Assembly: GCF_963921235.1 (NCBI RefSeq)
Contig: NC_086114.1
Coordinates: forward strand, 16,120,001-16,184,000
Length of the DNA: 64,000 nucleotides
Source of the DNA: Mobula hypostoma
Lineage: Eukaryota
Direction of reading: 5' to 3'
This document shows, piece after piece, positions 49,265 through 61,494 of this stretch. The notes under the pieces were generated by a model. That model did not search any database. It saw only the letters and a list, made by a program, of their open reading frames with translations, and had not been told where the DNA came from. Made by a program: the position numbers and the translations under genes. Numbering within the stretch: the first letter of the stretch is position 1; every line of letters starts with the position of its first letter.

Positions 49265-49755
49265 TCTGCCTCTCTCACTATACTCCTTGCCCATCCTCTG
49301 GGCTTCCCCCCTCCCCCTTTCTTTCTCCCTAGGCCTCCTGTCCTATGACCTTCTCATATCCCTTTTGCCAATCAATTGTCCAGCTCTTGGCTCCATCCCT
49401 CCCCCTCCTGTCTTCTCCTATCATTTTGGATATCCCCCTCCCCCTTTCAAATCTTTCTACCTCTTCTTTCAGTTAGTCCTGATGAAGGGTCTCAGCCCAA
49501 AACGTCGACTGTACCTCTTCCTAGAGATGCTGCCTGGCCTGCTGTGTTCACCAGCAACTCTGATGTGTGTTGCTTCACCTATCACCTTCTAGTTTGTACT
49601 CCTTCCCCTCTTCCCACCTTCTTATTCTGGCTTCTTCCCTCTTCCTCTCCAGTCCTGATGGAAGAGTCTCGACCTAACACGTCGCCTTTTTATTCCTTTC
49701 TATAAATGCTGTCTGACCTGCTGGGCATCTTCAGAATTTTGTGTTTGTTATTCCA
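49265..49755 (+). mobile_element. Penelope-like repeats with two decayed hammerheads
   Basis: AGTCCTGATGAAGGGTCTCAGCCCAAAACGTCGACT at 49475-49510 (G12 lost) and a more decayed copy at 49651. Confidence 0.75.
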
Positions 49756-50279
49756 AATGTGGATTCTTCTTTTAAACAAGCAACACACTGATTTTCAATA
49801 ACAAAGGGCCCTGAAGAAATGGAAGGAGGAGATGTTTCTAACTTGTACTTGCCTGAAGGATTCTTGATGCAAGATTAAAGTTGGACTACAAATTCTAGCA
49901 TGCACTGGAGCATGAACTAAAAGGGAAATGAATGTCGACAGCAGCAATGGTTTCAGTCCCACTACCCCCATCCCATCCAGAAATACCAACTGAGGCAAAA
50001 TGGAAAAGAGTAAACAGGATTGAAACTTGTTCGAAACGTCAACAGGTTACTCTTTTCCATTGATGCTGCCTGGCCGGCTGATTTCCTCCAGAACTTTGTG
50101 AGCAATGCTTTGGATATCCAGCATCAGCAGATTTTCTCGTGTTTGAACTGAGGCAAAATCCCAGGGAACAAGCAAGTGTGGAATCCAGGAGCTGGGGAGA
50201 CAGAGAAAGTTTGGAATTTGTACAGTGGACCTTGGGGAGAATGGGGTGTGAGAATGATTGAAGCCAAAGATCAGGGAAG

Positions 50280-50755
50280 AGATAGAGCATAAAGCATAGC
50301 ACAGCAGAGTACAGGCCCTTCGGCCCATGATGTTGTGCCGATCTTTTAACCCAAGTCTTCCCTGCTACATGGCTCTCCATTTTGCTTTCATCCATGTACC
50401 CAAGAGTCTCATAAACATCCCTAATGCATCTGCCTCTACCAGCACCCCGGCAGGACTTTCCACACACTCTGTGACTAGCCCTGCGCATCTCCTTTGAACT
50501 TACCTCCTCTCACCTCTAGTATTAAAAATTTTGACATTAGGGAAAAAAGGTAGCAGTTGTATTCACTATCCACGCCTCCTACTTCTGTGAGATCTCCCCT
50601 CACCCTCCAGCGCTCCAGAGAAAACTCAGTACTGTTCAACGTCTCTTTATAGCACATACCCTCCAAACCAGACAGCATCCTGCTAAACCTCTCCTGCTCC
50701 CTCTCCAAAGATCCCCATCCTTGCTGTACTGAGGCAACCAGAACTGAGTGCAATG
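50280..50755 (-). mobile_element. CR1 3' fragment
   Basis: LEREQERFSRMLSGLEGMCYKETL..RVRGDLTEV. Confidence 0.8.
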
Positions 50756-53700
50756 AGATGGGTTTCTTTACGCGCTTTGTGGAATCAAGTGATTGTTAAA
50801 AGGATTGCCATGAGATGAAGGCTGGACACTGTGCACCCAAAGACTCCTCAATAACAATGCCACAAGTGGCTTTGATTGAGGGATAAAAATCAGATTACTT
50901 TCCCTTTAAAACCACCTACCACACTCATAATAGAGCAAATCAGGCTTTAGTTTAGGATCCCATCCTCTGGATAACCTTTCCAACAAGGCCGCACTCACTT
51001 GGAAGTGTGGTCCAGGTGAAGGCAACAAACACCAAGACTTTCCAACATGCTTTGAAAGGATCCCATATTCCAGGTCTCCCATTCTTTTCCTGGGTACGAA
51101 TGGGCTCGTTGTAGAGGAGAGAGTATTTATATCTAATCCCTGATTGCTGAGTTGCTTCTGATGGCCATTTTGAATCAAATCCCACTGCTTGGGAAGTGGA
51201 GTTACACAGCAGTATCAGTGGTGCAGCCTCCGGCGCTGTCTGTGTGGAGTTTGCATGTTCCTTCTACGCTCTGGTTCCAAAGACGTGCTGGTCGTTTAAC
51301 GTCCTGGGCAGCAGGAGAATTGGGTGGGGGAACTGATGGGCATGTGGGAGGAATGGGTCAGGAAAATAAGATTGATGAATTTGCCCAGCTGGGAGCCAGC
51401 ATAAACAATGGGTTGAATAGCCTCCCACTGTGCTGTAATACTATGACAGAAGCACAAAAGAAGAACTCAGCTGGACTGAGGTTGTCAAGTTTATTTTCCC
51501 CTGTAAGAAAGATGTCAATGAACTCAATATTTTAATGACCACCACCCTTTTAATTTGAAGTCACCTTTCAAACTCATAGTCACTACATAATTGTAGGAGA
51601 TTTGCTGAGAGTGCTAAAATGCTTACGACAAAAGTCAAACTTCAAGCTAATACGCTTAATGTGTCTCCTGGAAGGATTGCAGGTATCTTAGAGATACGAA
51701 CTTGGGTCTTTGACAAACAAGTGGTACATGGCATCAGTAACCAGAGCAGACAGTCAAAATTAATTCCTTCTTGCACCCCTCCCCATTTTAAGAATAAAGG
51801 GTGAAGATGAAAAGAAATATTGTCTTTCTGAACAAGTTAATCAGATCAGGTGAGGGATACAAGTGGAAGAGCAGGCCCAATATTCAAAATAAAAATCAGA
51901 TGTATTCATGGAAAAAGCCGAAAAATCTGCAAGGCTACAGAACAGTGTCCAGTAGAGAATTCAATTGTGGGGCTCTTCCAGTGGGCTAGCATAACCTGAT
52001 GTGATAAATGGCCTCCCATCCTGCAGAGGGTGATGCACCTCTGGATCTTCTCACAGGGAGTGATGAACTTCTGGAATTTATCTACCTCCAGTTGGTCATA
52101 GGGTCAGAGTTGTACATATTTGGCCCACATCCTTCTCGACCTTTCTTACGCACGTACCTGTCCAACTGTCTTTTAAGCTGTTCTTATCTGTTGTGGAAGC
52201 AGGATCAGTGAAAGTGATTAAAGAGGAGGTAGATAAACTACTGAAAGACTGGGCAACTGAGGGTCCTGGGGAACAGGGAGAGGGAGAGTTGAAGCCTCAG
52301 ACAGATCAACTGTGATTGTATGGAATGCCAAGGTGGAGTTGAAGGAACTGGTGCTTTATTATCTCCCTACTGTGTTCCCGTTTCTAATCCAATGAATCAG
52401 AAGAATCAGATTACTGGAGGAAGTCAGCAAGTCAGGCAGCATCTATGCAGGATACCTGTGGTATCTAACAGTCAACATTTTACTCTGACACCCCTCATTA
52501 AGACCCTGGGGTGGCACACTAGAGTGATGGTTAGCCCCAGCTACAAGATTGTGGCGCAATTCCCGCTGCTGTCTGTAAGGAGTTTGTACGTTCTTCCTGT
52601 GACTGCATGGGTTTTCCCCAACTGCTCCAGTTCCCTCCCACATTCCAAAGATGCAAGGGCTAGGATTAGTAAGCTGTGGGCATTCTCTGTCGGTGCCAAA
52701 AGCATAGCGACACTTGCAGCCCCCAGCACATATTGGTACTTCATTCGTCTTTGACCCAAAATAAGGAATCTCTATGTTTTGATGTGACAAATAAAACTAA
52801 ACTAATCCGTGTTTATTCCCCTCCACAGATGGGGCCTAACACGTTGAGTTCCTCCAGCATTTGATGTATGTTACTCTGGATTTCAGCATCTGCAGAACCA
52901 GAATCAAGTTTATTCTCACTCACAAGCAGTGAAATCTGTTGTTTTGTGATAGCAGTACAGTTCAAGACATGAAAATCACTATAAGTTGCAACAAATATAG
53001 AGCAAATTTGTAACTTTCAGATTCCCATCTTTGCTAGCTTGCTTATCCAAATCTAATTAGAAGCTCGTACAGCAGAGGTGAGGGTGCTGTAGCCTTGCCT
53101 CAGTATCACCCTTTCTCTAAAACCCACCAACGAAGAGGAGTAGTCTACCATCTGGGCAACATGGGAGCAAGTAACTAGTACAGGGGTTAACAGGATAGCT
53201 CACACACACAGCAACATCCACATTCTCATACATCATTGGAAGATTTTGTTTCCTTGAGGCAAGGTTCTGCCAACTAATTTCAACCTCCAATGCTGAATGA
53301 TTTTCCCAGTTTTACAAATGAAAAAAAAATCAATTGCCCCGAAGTTTTCAGAGAGTCAAAATAGAAGTCATTCAGAAAGACCAACTTGACACTTGATACT
53401 ATTTTTACTTCAGCGTTTACAATTTTCACAGATCACGCTTAATGTCGTTGTCGTCAATCCAACAGACCAAAAAAGTGTTTTTATTCAATAGTATCTACAG
53501 TCTTTTATCAGTCTGATCACTATACCACTCCAGACTGCAGCACTATAACTATCCTCTGAAATGGAGAAGTGAGATACTCGGTTATTTCATAACTAGCTTC
53601 CCCAACACCAGAAGACTGGGGTTCAAGAAGGTTCCTCACACCACCTCACAAATGACAACCAATGGTGTCCTTGTCAGTGACATCCACATCGGCAGAAGAG

Positions 53701-54144
53701 TAAACATATTAAAAATTGCATAAACAGCTGTGGAAGTGATGCATCAGTACACTGATACAATAAAATGATACGGCAGAAATGGGGTTATAAAGCCAATACT
53801 GTTGCACAGCATACCATATGTTCTGCTTTCTACATACATTCCCCAGACAGCCTTCTGAATCCCAGAAAAGAATGCGTCAATGTTAAATTAAACCGCAAAC
53901 CATCACAGATCTGATGTCCAAATGTGGCTGAGGAATGAGACTAAACACCATTTATCCTAGTACAGATTGGGAACATGTTCTGTGCCTTGCATGCCAGCTG
54001 AGCGAGCTGACTCCAATAGAGATTTCCCCAACCCCTTCCAGTTCACGTTGCAGGGATTCAACAAAGATTACCGCATCGTAATTCAGGCGTGTGAGCATTT
54101 AATTTTGGTGGCTTTATGGTCAAGTTATAAGGGAAGTGAATTAC

Positions 54145-54696
54145 CTGTTTGAACTGTTCTTCGTAACCCCACTCATGGTGGCCAGGGGGCGACTTTGAAT
54201 GTGCTTGACTTGGCGAAATTGACTGAGTGCTTCCTGGTTGCTGGGATTGTCCACTAACAGACGGGCGGTGGGCAGGGGGTAGCCTTTGAGGCGGCACAGC
54301 TGAGGCTGCCTGTTTCCTGAGATATTCCTCCTCCTCCTCGTCCTCCTCCTCCTCTTCTTCATCATCCTCATCTTCATGGCCTCCTCGTGCCATCCCCTCA
54401 TCCTCCAGATCACTGCCCGGGTCCTCGCCCTCAAAGGCGTCGTCTTCGGGATCAGAATCCATGCTGTTCTTATCGGTCACCCGCGGGAGGCTGGGCCCGG
54501 CGGCCAAGGTTCTGCTGCCCAGGGTTGCCGGGGACGACCGGGAGGAAGGGGCCAGCACGGCCTGCTGGGCAGCAAACTGCTGAGTGTAGAAAATGTGGGC
54601 TTCCCGGAGCCCTCGGTCCTTCCTCTCCCTTCCCTCCATCTCCAGCCGAGCCTGTTGCTGTCTCTGCAAATGCTCCATCACAGCCTCCAGCTTCAT
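54145..54696 (-). CDS. ARID3B: ARID3-family (Bright/Dead ringer) transcription factor, first coding exon (N-terminal region before the ARID domain); most similar to ARID3B
   Basis: Translation MKLEAVMEHLQRQQQARLEMEGRERKDRGLREAHIFYTQQFAAQQ...SMDSDPEDD...acidic tract...HHEWGYEEQFKQ. The MKL(E/Q)AVME..LQRQQ start and W.YEEQFKQ end are ARID3 hallmarks. REAHIFYTQ and MDSDPEDD resemble ARID3B (REAQFLYAQ, MNSEPEEE). Acceptor ttgttttgacAG precedes 54765; phase-0 donor CAG|GTAATT follows 54145; ATG context gGGAATGA. Paralog call (B vs A/C) is from recalled sequence, not a search. Confidence 0.85.
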
Positions 54697-55639
54697 TCCC
54701 TGATGGTGGAGCTGAGAGTTTCCAGCCAGAACCAGATTTAATCCTTCTCCCGTCAACAAGCCGGGCTGTCAAAACAAGGCAGCAAAAATTAAACACAATT
54801 CAGTACCAGGCGAAAGAAGTGGGGTGGGTGGGGGGGGCCACGGGGGAGAAGCACGGTCGCATATTGGATAGCGTATAGCGTAAGGAGGGTTACAGTGTCT
54901 GCAACCTGGGTTCAGTCGCCACTGTCTGTAGGGAGTTTGTACATTCTCCCTGTGATAGAGTGGCTTTTCCCACATTCCTAAGACATAGGGGTTAGTAGGT
55001 TAATTGGTCACATGGGTGTAATTGGGCGGCATGAGCTCATTGGCTGGAAGGGCCTGTTACCATGCTGTATCTCGAAATAAAATAAAATAAATTACAATTG
55101 ATATCAATGCGACCTTATAATCGGAGATATGGGCCAAACACGGGCAAATCTGGCTACCTTAGATTGGCATCTTGGTTGGCATGGAAAAGTTGGGCCAAAG
55201 GGCCTGCACCCACGCTGTGTTACTCTACGCTGGGACTGTGCCACCTTCCCCCTAAAGTGTGACAGCATATACTGTTACCAAAGCTTGGAAGGCCACTTCC
55301 TCAATTTGGCCCCAAAATTCTCTTGGTTCCCAACGGTGGCAATGCCTTCACTTGCCAAGGCCTTACGCTTCGGAACACCCAAACACACCCTCAAACCTCT
55401 CTAATTGTCTTTTCTCATATTTAAAATTCTCCATAAAACCTCTCCCTTCAGTCAAGTGTTCTCCCATTTGCCCAATATCTGTTTACGGAGCTCAGCAATC
55501 TTGTTGTTTGAAGCATTTGGGGTTGCTTCTACACATCAGAAAGGTGTTAAAATGAATTGGAAGAGACTGTTGTATTACTACCAAGTGTTGCAACCCAATA
55601 TTTAGCAACAAAGCAACAGATGTAAACCACCCAGCCACA

Positions 55640-55890
55640 AGAGCATAGCGGTTAGCATGATGCTTTACAGTACAGGCGACCCAGGTTCAATTCCCACCTC
55701 TGCCTGTAAGGAGTTTGTACATTCTCCCTGTGTCTGCATGGGTTTCCTCTGGGTGCTCCAGTTTCCTCCCACAGTCCAAAGACTGGTTAATTGGTAAATT
55801 GTCCCGTGATTAGGCACAGATTAAGACAAGGGTTGCTGGGCATCACAGCTCAAAGGGTCAGAAGGGCCTATTCCACGAATAAATAAACCA
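55640..55890 (+). mobile_element. tRNA-derived V-SINE
   Basis: TAGCGGTTAGC..GGTTCAATTCC..GGAGTTTGTACATTCTCCCTGTGTCTGCATGGGTTTCCTCTGGGTGCTCCAGTTTCCTCCCACAGTCCAAAGAC. Further copies at about 7075-7340(-), 14235-14490, 24078-24290, 26735-27050(-), 28530-29000, 32790-33100(-), 33610-33920(-), 36860-37060(-), 51200-51440, 52508-52800, 54845-55090, 57760-57930(-), 60170-60410(-). Confidence 0.8.
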
Positions 55891-56886
55891 ACATCTGCAT
55901 CTCAACTCCACAAACCCAAATCTCATTCTCAAGCAACACACACAAAATGCTGAAGAAACTCAACAGGTTAAGCAGCATTTATGGAGAGAAATGAACCGTC
56001 GATGTTTCAGGCCGAGACCCCTCCGCAGGGGTATCCAAAACCCGCAGAATCTCCTGTGTTTACCAATTTCATTCCATTTTGCAATTTGCACTTCCAACCC
56101 CAGCAGGAGTCAGGGAGAGTGTCCAGATTTCTACTGACGTCAAGTCTGAATAACCTGCCTCTGGGTTAGAGAAATGGTTCCCCTGTCTTAACTCCACCCA
56201 GGCCTCCACCTTACCTTTCAGTCAGGGTTTCTCACCAACTGCCTACCAAATCCTTTAATCACCATAAACACCTCAAATCTGATCACCTGTTAATTTTCTG
56301 TAAATTCTTGTTGGAAAGACTGAAGATAATTTATCACACAATTGGATCCCACCCAGATTTGGTCATCAAGCACAAAATCCAGTCACTAGGCAACCAAAAT
56401 ATTTGCAATGAATCAATTGTCTTAATTATAAGGTTACAACATAGACCTACGGTGAACTAACATAGGAGATATTACTTTGGATTATAACAAGCTTGTACCT
56501 CACTTGCATCTGACTAATACAGCTTCCAAGCTGCAGAAACCAATAGCCACCTGATGTCTACTCCATTTCGAGGCTCTGCCACTGAAATTAATTTTATTGA
56601 AAGAGCTACTATTTATAATTGTAACAGAATTCAGTTGCAATAAATAAATTCCCAATCAACATTGTGTTTTCACAGAGGAGCAACTTGCAGGTCTGCTTGA
56701 GGAACTCAGGCAACATCTATCAAGAGGCTTAAACAGTCGATGCTTCAGGCCAAGACCTGTCACCAGTCCAGATTCGGCAAGATTTGTCTTCAGCAGCAGT
56801 GTGATACTCCCTCAGTACTGGAGTGGGGAGACTGGACTGAAAGCATTGCTGAAGCCTCAGTGACTGGGTTTGAACTGAGGATAATA

Positions 56887-57048
56887 TACTCAGTGGTCAC
56901 TTTATTAAGTACACCTGTACACCTGCTCGTTAATGCAAATATCTAATCAGACCATCATGGGGCAGCAACTCAACGTATAAAAGCATGCAGACACGGTCAG
57001 GGAGGTTGAGTTCAATCATCAGAATGGGGGGGAAAGAAATGTGATGTC
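56887..57048 (+). mobile_element. Tc1/mariner left-end fragment
   Basis: TACTCAGTGGTCACTTTATTAAGTACACCTG..GCAAATATCTAATCAG. Confidence 0.75.
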
Positions 57049-57065
57049 ACGTACACACCAGTAGC

Positions 57066-57756
57066 CAGGGGTCCCCAACCGTTTTGCACCACGGACCGGT
57101 TTAATATTAACAATATTCTTGCCGACCGGGGGTGGTGTTCAAGTAGGGTTAAACTCACCATGTCTTTTACAGTTAGGGTTGCCAACTTTCTCACTCCCAA
57201 ATAAGGAACAAAAGTAGCAGTCAAATATGGGACAGTGTTTACCCCGAGAAAGGCTACCATGACCATGTGTGTGCACGCGCGTACATGCCAATTTTTTTTC
57301 CACAAATCGGTTTTGACTTAATCTTCCCGACTACACTGTACATACATTTCCACTTTATATAGGCTGTGTATTTATCATATCATTCCTGCTTTTACTATAT
57401 GTTAGTGTTATTTTAGGTTTTATGTGTTATTCGGTATGATTTGGTAGGTTATTTTTTGGTTCTGGGAACGCTCAAAAATTTTTCCCATATAAATTAATGG
57501 TAATTGCTTCTTTGCTTTACGCCATTTCGGCACGAAAGGTTTCATAGGAATGCTCTACCTTAGCGGGGGAAATATGGAACAAGGGCGGTCTCGTATGGGA
57601 CAAACCAATTTAACCCAATATACGGGATGTACCGGCAATACAGGACAGTTGGCAACCCTATGTTCAAGTTCAACAGTGCGTGACAGGGAATGAGGAAAGG
57701 TGCGGCTGACTCATATCGTTTCCTTGCAGCCCGGTACCAGTGGTTGGGGACCGCTG
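57066..57756. mobile_element. hAT (Charlie-like) non-autonomous element containing a nested hAT element
   Basis: TIRs CAGGGGTCCCCAACC / GGTTGGGGACCGCTG; no clear TSD. Confidence 0.7.
57144..57660. mobile_element. Nested hAT (Blackjack-like) MITE with 8-bp TSD
   Basis: TGTTCAAG at 57136-57143 and 57661-57668; TIR TAGGGTTGCCAAC (57174) / GTTGGCAACCCTA (ends 57660). Confidence 0.8.
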
Positions 57757-57989
57757 AGTTAACCTACCAACCCCCATGTCTTCAGGGACCGGGAGGGAAC
57801 TGGAGCACATGGCGGAAACCTGCACAGCCACAGGGAGAACATGCAAACACCACAGAGAAAGCACAAAGGTCAGGATCGAAACTGGGTCACTGGAACTGCG
57901 AGACAGTGGCTCTACTAGATGTGCCGGTGTCTTGTGTCACACTTTGCCAGTGTCACTTAACAAAATACCGTGAGTATTTAGTTATATTA

Positions 57990-58510
57990 GCGGCAGCTTC
58001 TCCTGTGACTGCAGGAAGCTGCAGAGAGTTGTGGACACAGCTCAGCACATCACAAAAACCAGGCTCCCCTCTGTGGACTCTGTCCACACCTCTCGCTGCC
58101 TCAATAAAGCAGCCAGCAGAATCAGAGACCCCGCCCAGCCCAGACATTCGCTCTTCTCCCCTCACACTTCTCGCTGTCTCGGTAAAGCAGCCAGCATAAT
58201 CAAAGACCCCACCCAGCCAGGACATTCCCTCTCCTCCCCTTTCCCATTGGGCAGAGGGTACAAAAGAATGAAAGCACACACCACCAGGCGCAAAGACAGT
58301 TTTTATCCCGCTGTTATCTTACTCTTGTACAATAAGATGGACTGCACTTTCTCTGTAGCTTTTACACTTCATTCTGCATGGTTATTGTTTTTAACTTATT
58401 CTACCTCAATGCACTTTGTAATGATTTGATATATAAACAGTATGCAAGATGAACTTCTCACTGTATCTTGGTACATGTGACAAATAGAAATCAAAACCAA
58501 ACCAATATTG
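57990..58510 (+). mobile_element. Rex1/Babar 3' fragment with an internal 78-bp tandem duplication
   Basis: HTSRCLNKAASRIRDPAQPRHSLFSP repeated as HTSRCLGKAASIIKDPTQPGHSLSSP, then LGRGYKRMKAHTTRRKDSFYPAVI. Confidence 0.75.
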
Positions 58511-59269
58511 ATATAACCAAGTGCAAAGTTTCTAATTAATAAATATTTTCCACAGTTACATACATTTCCTGCAGGGGGGGGGTGTAAGTGCAAGTATAAC
58601 CACAATCAATGGTTTAATTGAAGCAGGGTGCATTTTAAAAATAATAGGTCCTGTGTTAGAAAGCAGGAAGGTATAAAGGGTTCAAGTTAAAATAAAATGC
58701 ATTTAGGTTAGGTCTTCTAAATGCCTCGACATGCTTCACATAGAATGACTGATTGCCTTCGGTTCCTTATCAGTGGAAATCACATTATTGGCTTTCAACA
58801 AACTACAAAATATGTGCCACCATTATTGGGGGTAACTGACCTCAGACTACACACTACACCCCAGATCAAACCTTATAAATCTCCTCATACATCCCACCTA
58901 TCAGAAGGTTGCACTAAAGCCTTAAAACCCTGCTTTCAAATAAAATGCAAAGACACGAAGACTAAATGTTTCATTCAGTTGACAGATCTTTCTGCGCCTT
59001 TGTATCTTCTTTTGATTTCCTCCACTCCTTCAAGCATCTAGTTCCTACACCTGGGAAATTCCTTGCATTTATCCCCAAGACAACATTTCTAAACACATTA
59101 ATTGCTCGTTATGTCACTGTGGGCTGTGGGAGCTTGTTTCATTGCAAATTAGCTGCTGTATGTCCCATCTTCTCCTGTTTGCTCACCGCAATTCTGTGAA
59201 GAAGTTTAAGGCATTGTATTGCACTAAGTAGAAATTATTAGCAGAACTCTGTGTGTGTGATAGAGACCA

Positions 59270-59580
59270 GAGCAGAAAGATATGGGGGGGGGGAAGACAG
59301 CAAGCCTGAGAGACCGGGGAAAGCGGGGGAGCCTGAGAGACTGGGGGAGAGAGAGGGTGGTGAGAGAGACTGGGGGAGAGATGGGGAGCCTGAGAGAGAC
59401 TGGTGGAGGGGAAAAAAAACAGGGGAAAGGAGGGTGGCTCCTGAGAGAAGGTGAGTGAGAGGGAGAGAGGGAGTGTGAGAGAGACAGGGAGGGGGAGAAA
59501 AAGAGGGACAGTGAGAGACTGAGAGAGGAGTTTACTTCTGTGGATAACCGGTGAAGGGGGAAGGGAAATGGCAGGGGTAA
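59270..59580. repeat. GA-rich low-complexity tract
   Basis: Repeated GGGGAGCCTGAGAGA(GA)CTGG motifs and (GA)n. Confidence 0.7.
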
Positions 59581-59862
59581 ATGACACCACAACTTATGGT
59601 TTGACAATAGTGATTTTCCTTGCTAAAAAATCATGCTAAATCAATTATACTGATTAAGAATGCAATTGGCAAGCGTACTTTAGTACCGATCATGCTGAAA
59701 TGTATACGACACTCATGAGACTGCACCTGGAATATTATGCACTTGTCTCATCTCTCCAGGATGTGTTTGTCAAATGCGGGTTAGGTTCTCCTGATTGATT
59801 CCTGGGATGTGGTGTTTGTCTCATGGGAAGAGAACAAGGAAAGTCAGCCACAGAAATTATTG

Positions 59863-60016
59863 CAACACACACAAAATGCTGGAGATTCTTGGCCTAAAAC
59901 GTCGACTGTTTACTCTTTTCCATAGATGCTGCCTGGCCTGCTGAGTTCCTCCAGCATTTTGCGTGTGTTGCTTGGATTTTGAGCATCTGCAGATTTTCTC
60001 CTGTTTGTGATTGGAG
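59863..60016 (+). mobile_element. Short Penelope-like tail with 5' inversion and perfect 14-bp TSD
   Basis: CACAGAAATTATTG at 59849-59862 and 60017-60030. The 5' CAACACACACAAAATGCTGGAG is an inverted copy of the internal tail. Confidence 0.8.
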
Positions 60017-61494
60017 CACAGAAATTATTGTTGAGATTGAGCACGTAGTGTAAAGATGTTTCTCTTGACATCTTAAAACAATGGGTCGGTTATTCAAAAA
60101 AAATAAGAAGTTTCTTCGTATAGAGAGTGGTGACTCTTTAGAAAGCCAAGGACGAGGGAGGGACTTGAGTGTCATACAGCACAGAAACAGGCCCTTCTGG
60201 CCCAATGAACCCCGCCACCCAATATAACACCTGTATGATCAATCAACGGGCTAACCTGTAGACTTTGGAACGTGGGAGGAAACAAGAGCCCCAGAAGGAA
60301 ACCCACATAGTCATGGGGGAAAGAACGTACCAACTCCACGCAGACAGCAGCGGGATTGAACCCAGGTTGTCGGTGCTGTGATAGCATTACGTGGACCGCT
60401 ACGGTACCACGACGCACTTCGTTCTCATCCGACCCCCGTCAGAATCCACCGCTCACAAATCACCACAGGCAACCGACACACTGACTCGCGCACCTTTGAG
60501 ATGTGGGAGGAAGCCCGTGCGGTTGCAGGGGAAACATGCAAGCACCAGAGAGAGACAGCGCCACAGATTGGGGCGCGAGGCGCCAGCGCCACCCGCCACG
60601 CCAGTTACCCAATTCCGTTCAAAAAGAAACAGAATGACTGTTAAACACAAGATGCACCGAGGCCTACGTGCTCAGAGCAGGAAGTGACACAGAGGTAAAA
60701 GTTCAGCCACCATCCTGTTACAGGGCAGAACAGGATTGAGGGACCAAATGAGCAACTCCTGCCCTTTTGCACTCTGATTGACCAGAGGTCAGAGGAGAAC
60801 TAGGCCAGTCTGCTCTGCTGTTCCATCATAGCTGATGTATTTTCCCTCTCAGCCCCATTCTCTTGCCTTCTTCCTGTAACCTTTGATACCCTTTCTAATC
60901 GAGAACCTATCAACCTCTGCTTATAGACATTGATTTGGCCTCCACAGCCATCTATGGCAATGAAATCCACAGATTAGCCACCCTACAGCGAAAGAAACTC
61001 CTCATCTCTATTGTAAAAGAATCTTTGTATTCTGAGGCTGTACACTCGATCCCAGACTCTTCCACTGTTGGGAACATCCTCTCTTCTTGGGCCTTTCAAT
61101 AGATTTCTATGAGATCTGTCCACCTCCATTTGCAGCTCAACATGACTAGTATCCACAAAAATGACTGTAAGAACATCCACAATTCCGACTGTACTTCACC
61201 CAATCAACCTGGTTGGCACCCCCGCAGTTCATTTGATAGCTGTCATGTACTTTCTGTTCCTGTAACACAATATTCTGCAGGCTTTTATATTTACTCCCTC
61301 AAACAGAAAGATCTATCTTCATTGGATAAACAAAAAAAAGCTTTCCACTGTATCTGGGTGCATAATAACCAATTACCTAGTTTGACTAAGGCAAATTTGA
61401 AGATTAGCAAAACTATTTCAGACTGAATTCCTACCTTTAACTAAAAAGGTAAAAGTATGATTCAAATTCTGTGCTGCTGTTAGTGATGAAGCCT

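Larger units (their letters stand above)
1..54144 (-). other. Probable large intron of the ARID3B-like gene (>54 kb)
   Basis: Lies downstream of the GT donor at 54144. I found no exon encoding LYELD..KEFLDDLF.FMQKRG, TPINRIPIMAKQ or YMKYLY on the minus strand. The region is repeat-dominated. Confidence 0.6.

Noticed and set aside
52720-52750. Minus-strand RMKYQY resembling ARID YMKYLY
   Set aside because: Lies within a SINE tail and the flanking residues do not match.
54058-54144. C-terminal tail VIHFPYNL... of the 233-aa ORF
   Set aside because: Read-through past the GT donor after EEQFKQ; intronic.
54376-54878. Antisense and alternative-frame ORFs over the ARID3 exon
   Set aside because: Shadows of a GC-rich coding exon with no recognisable motifs.
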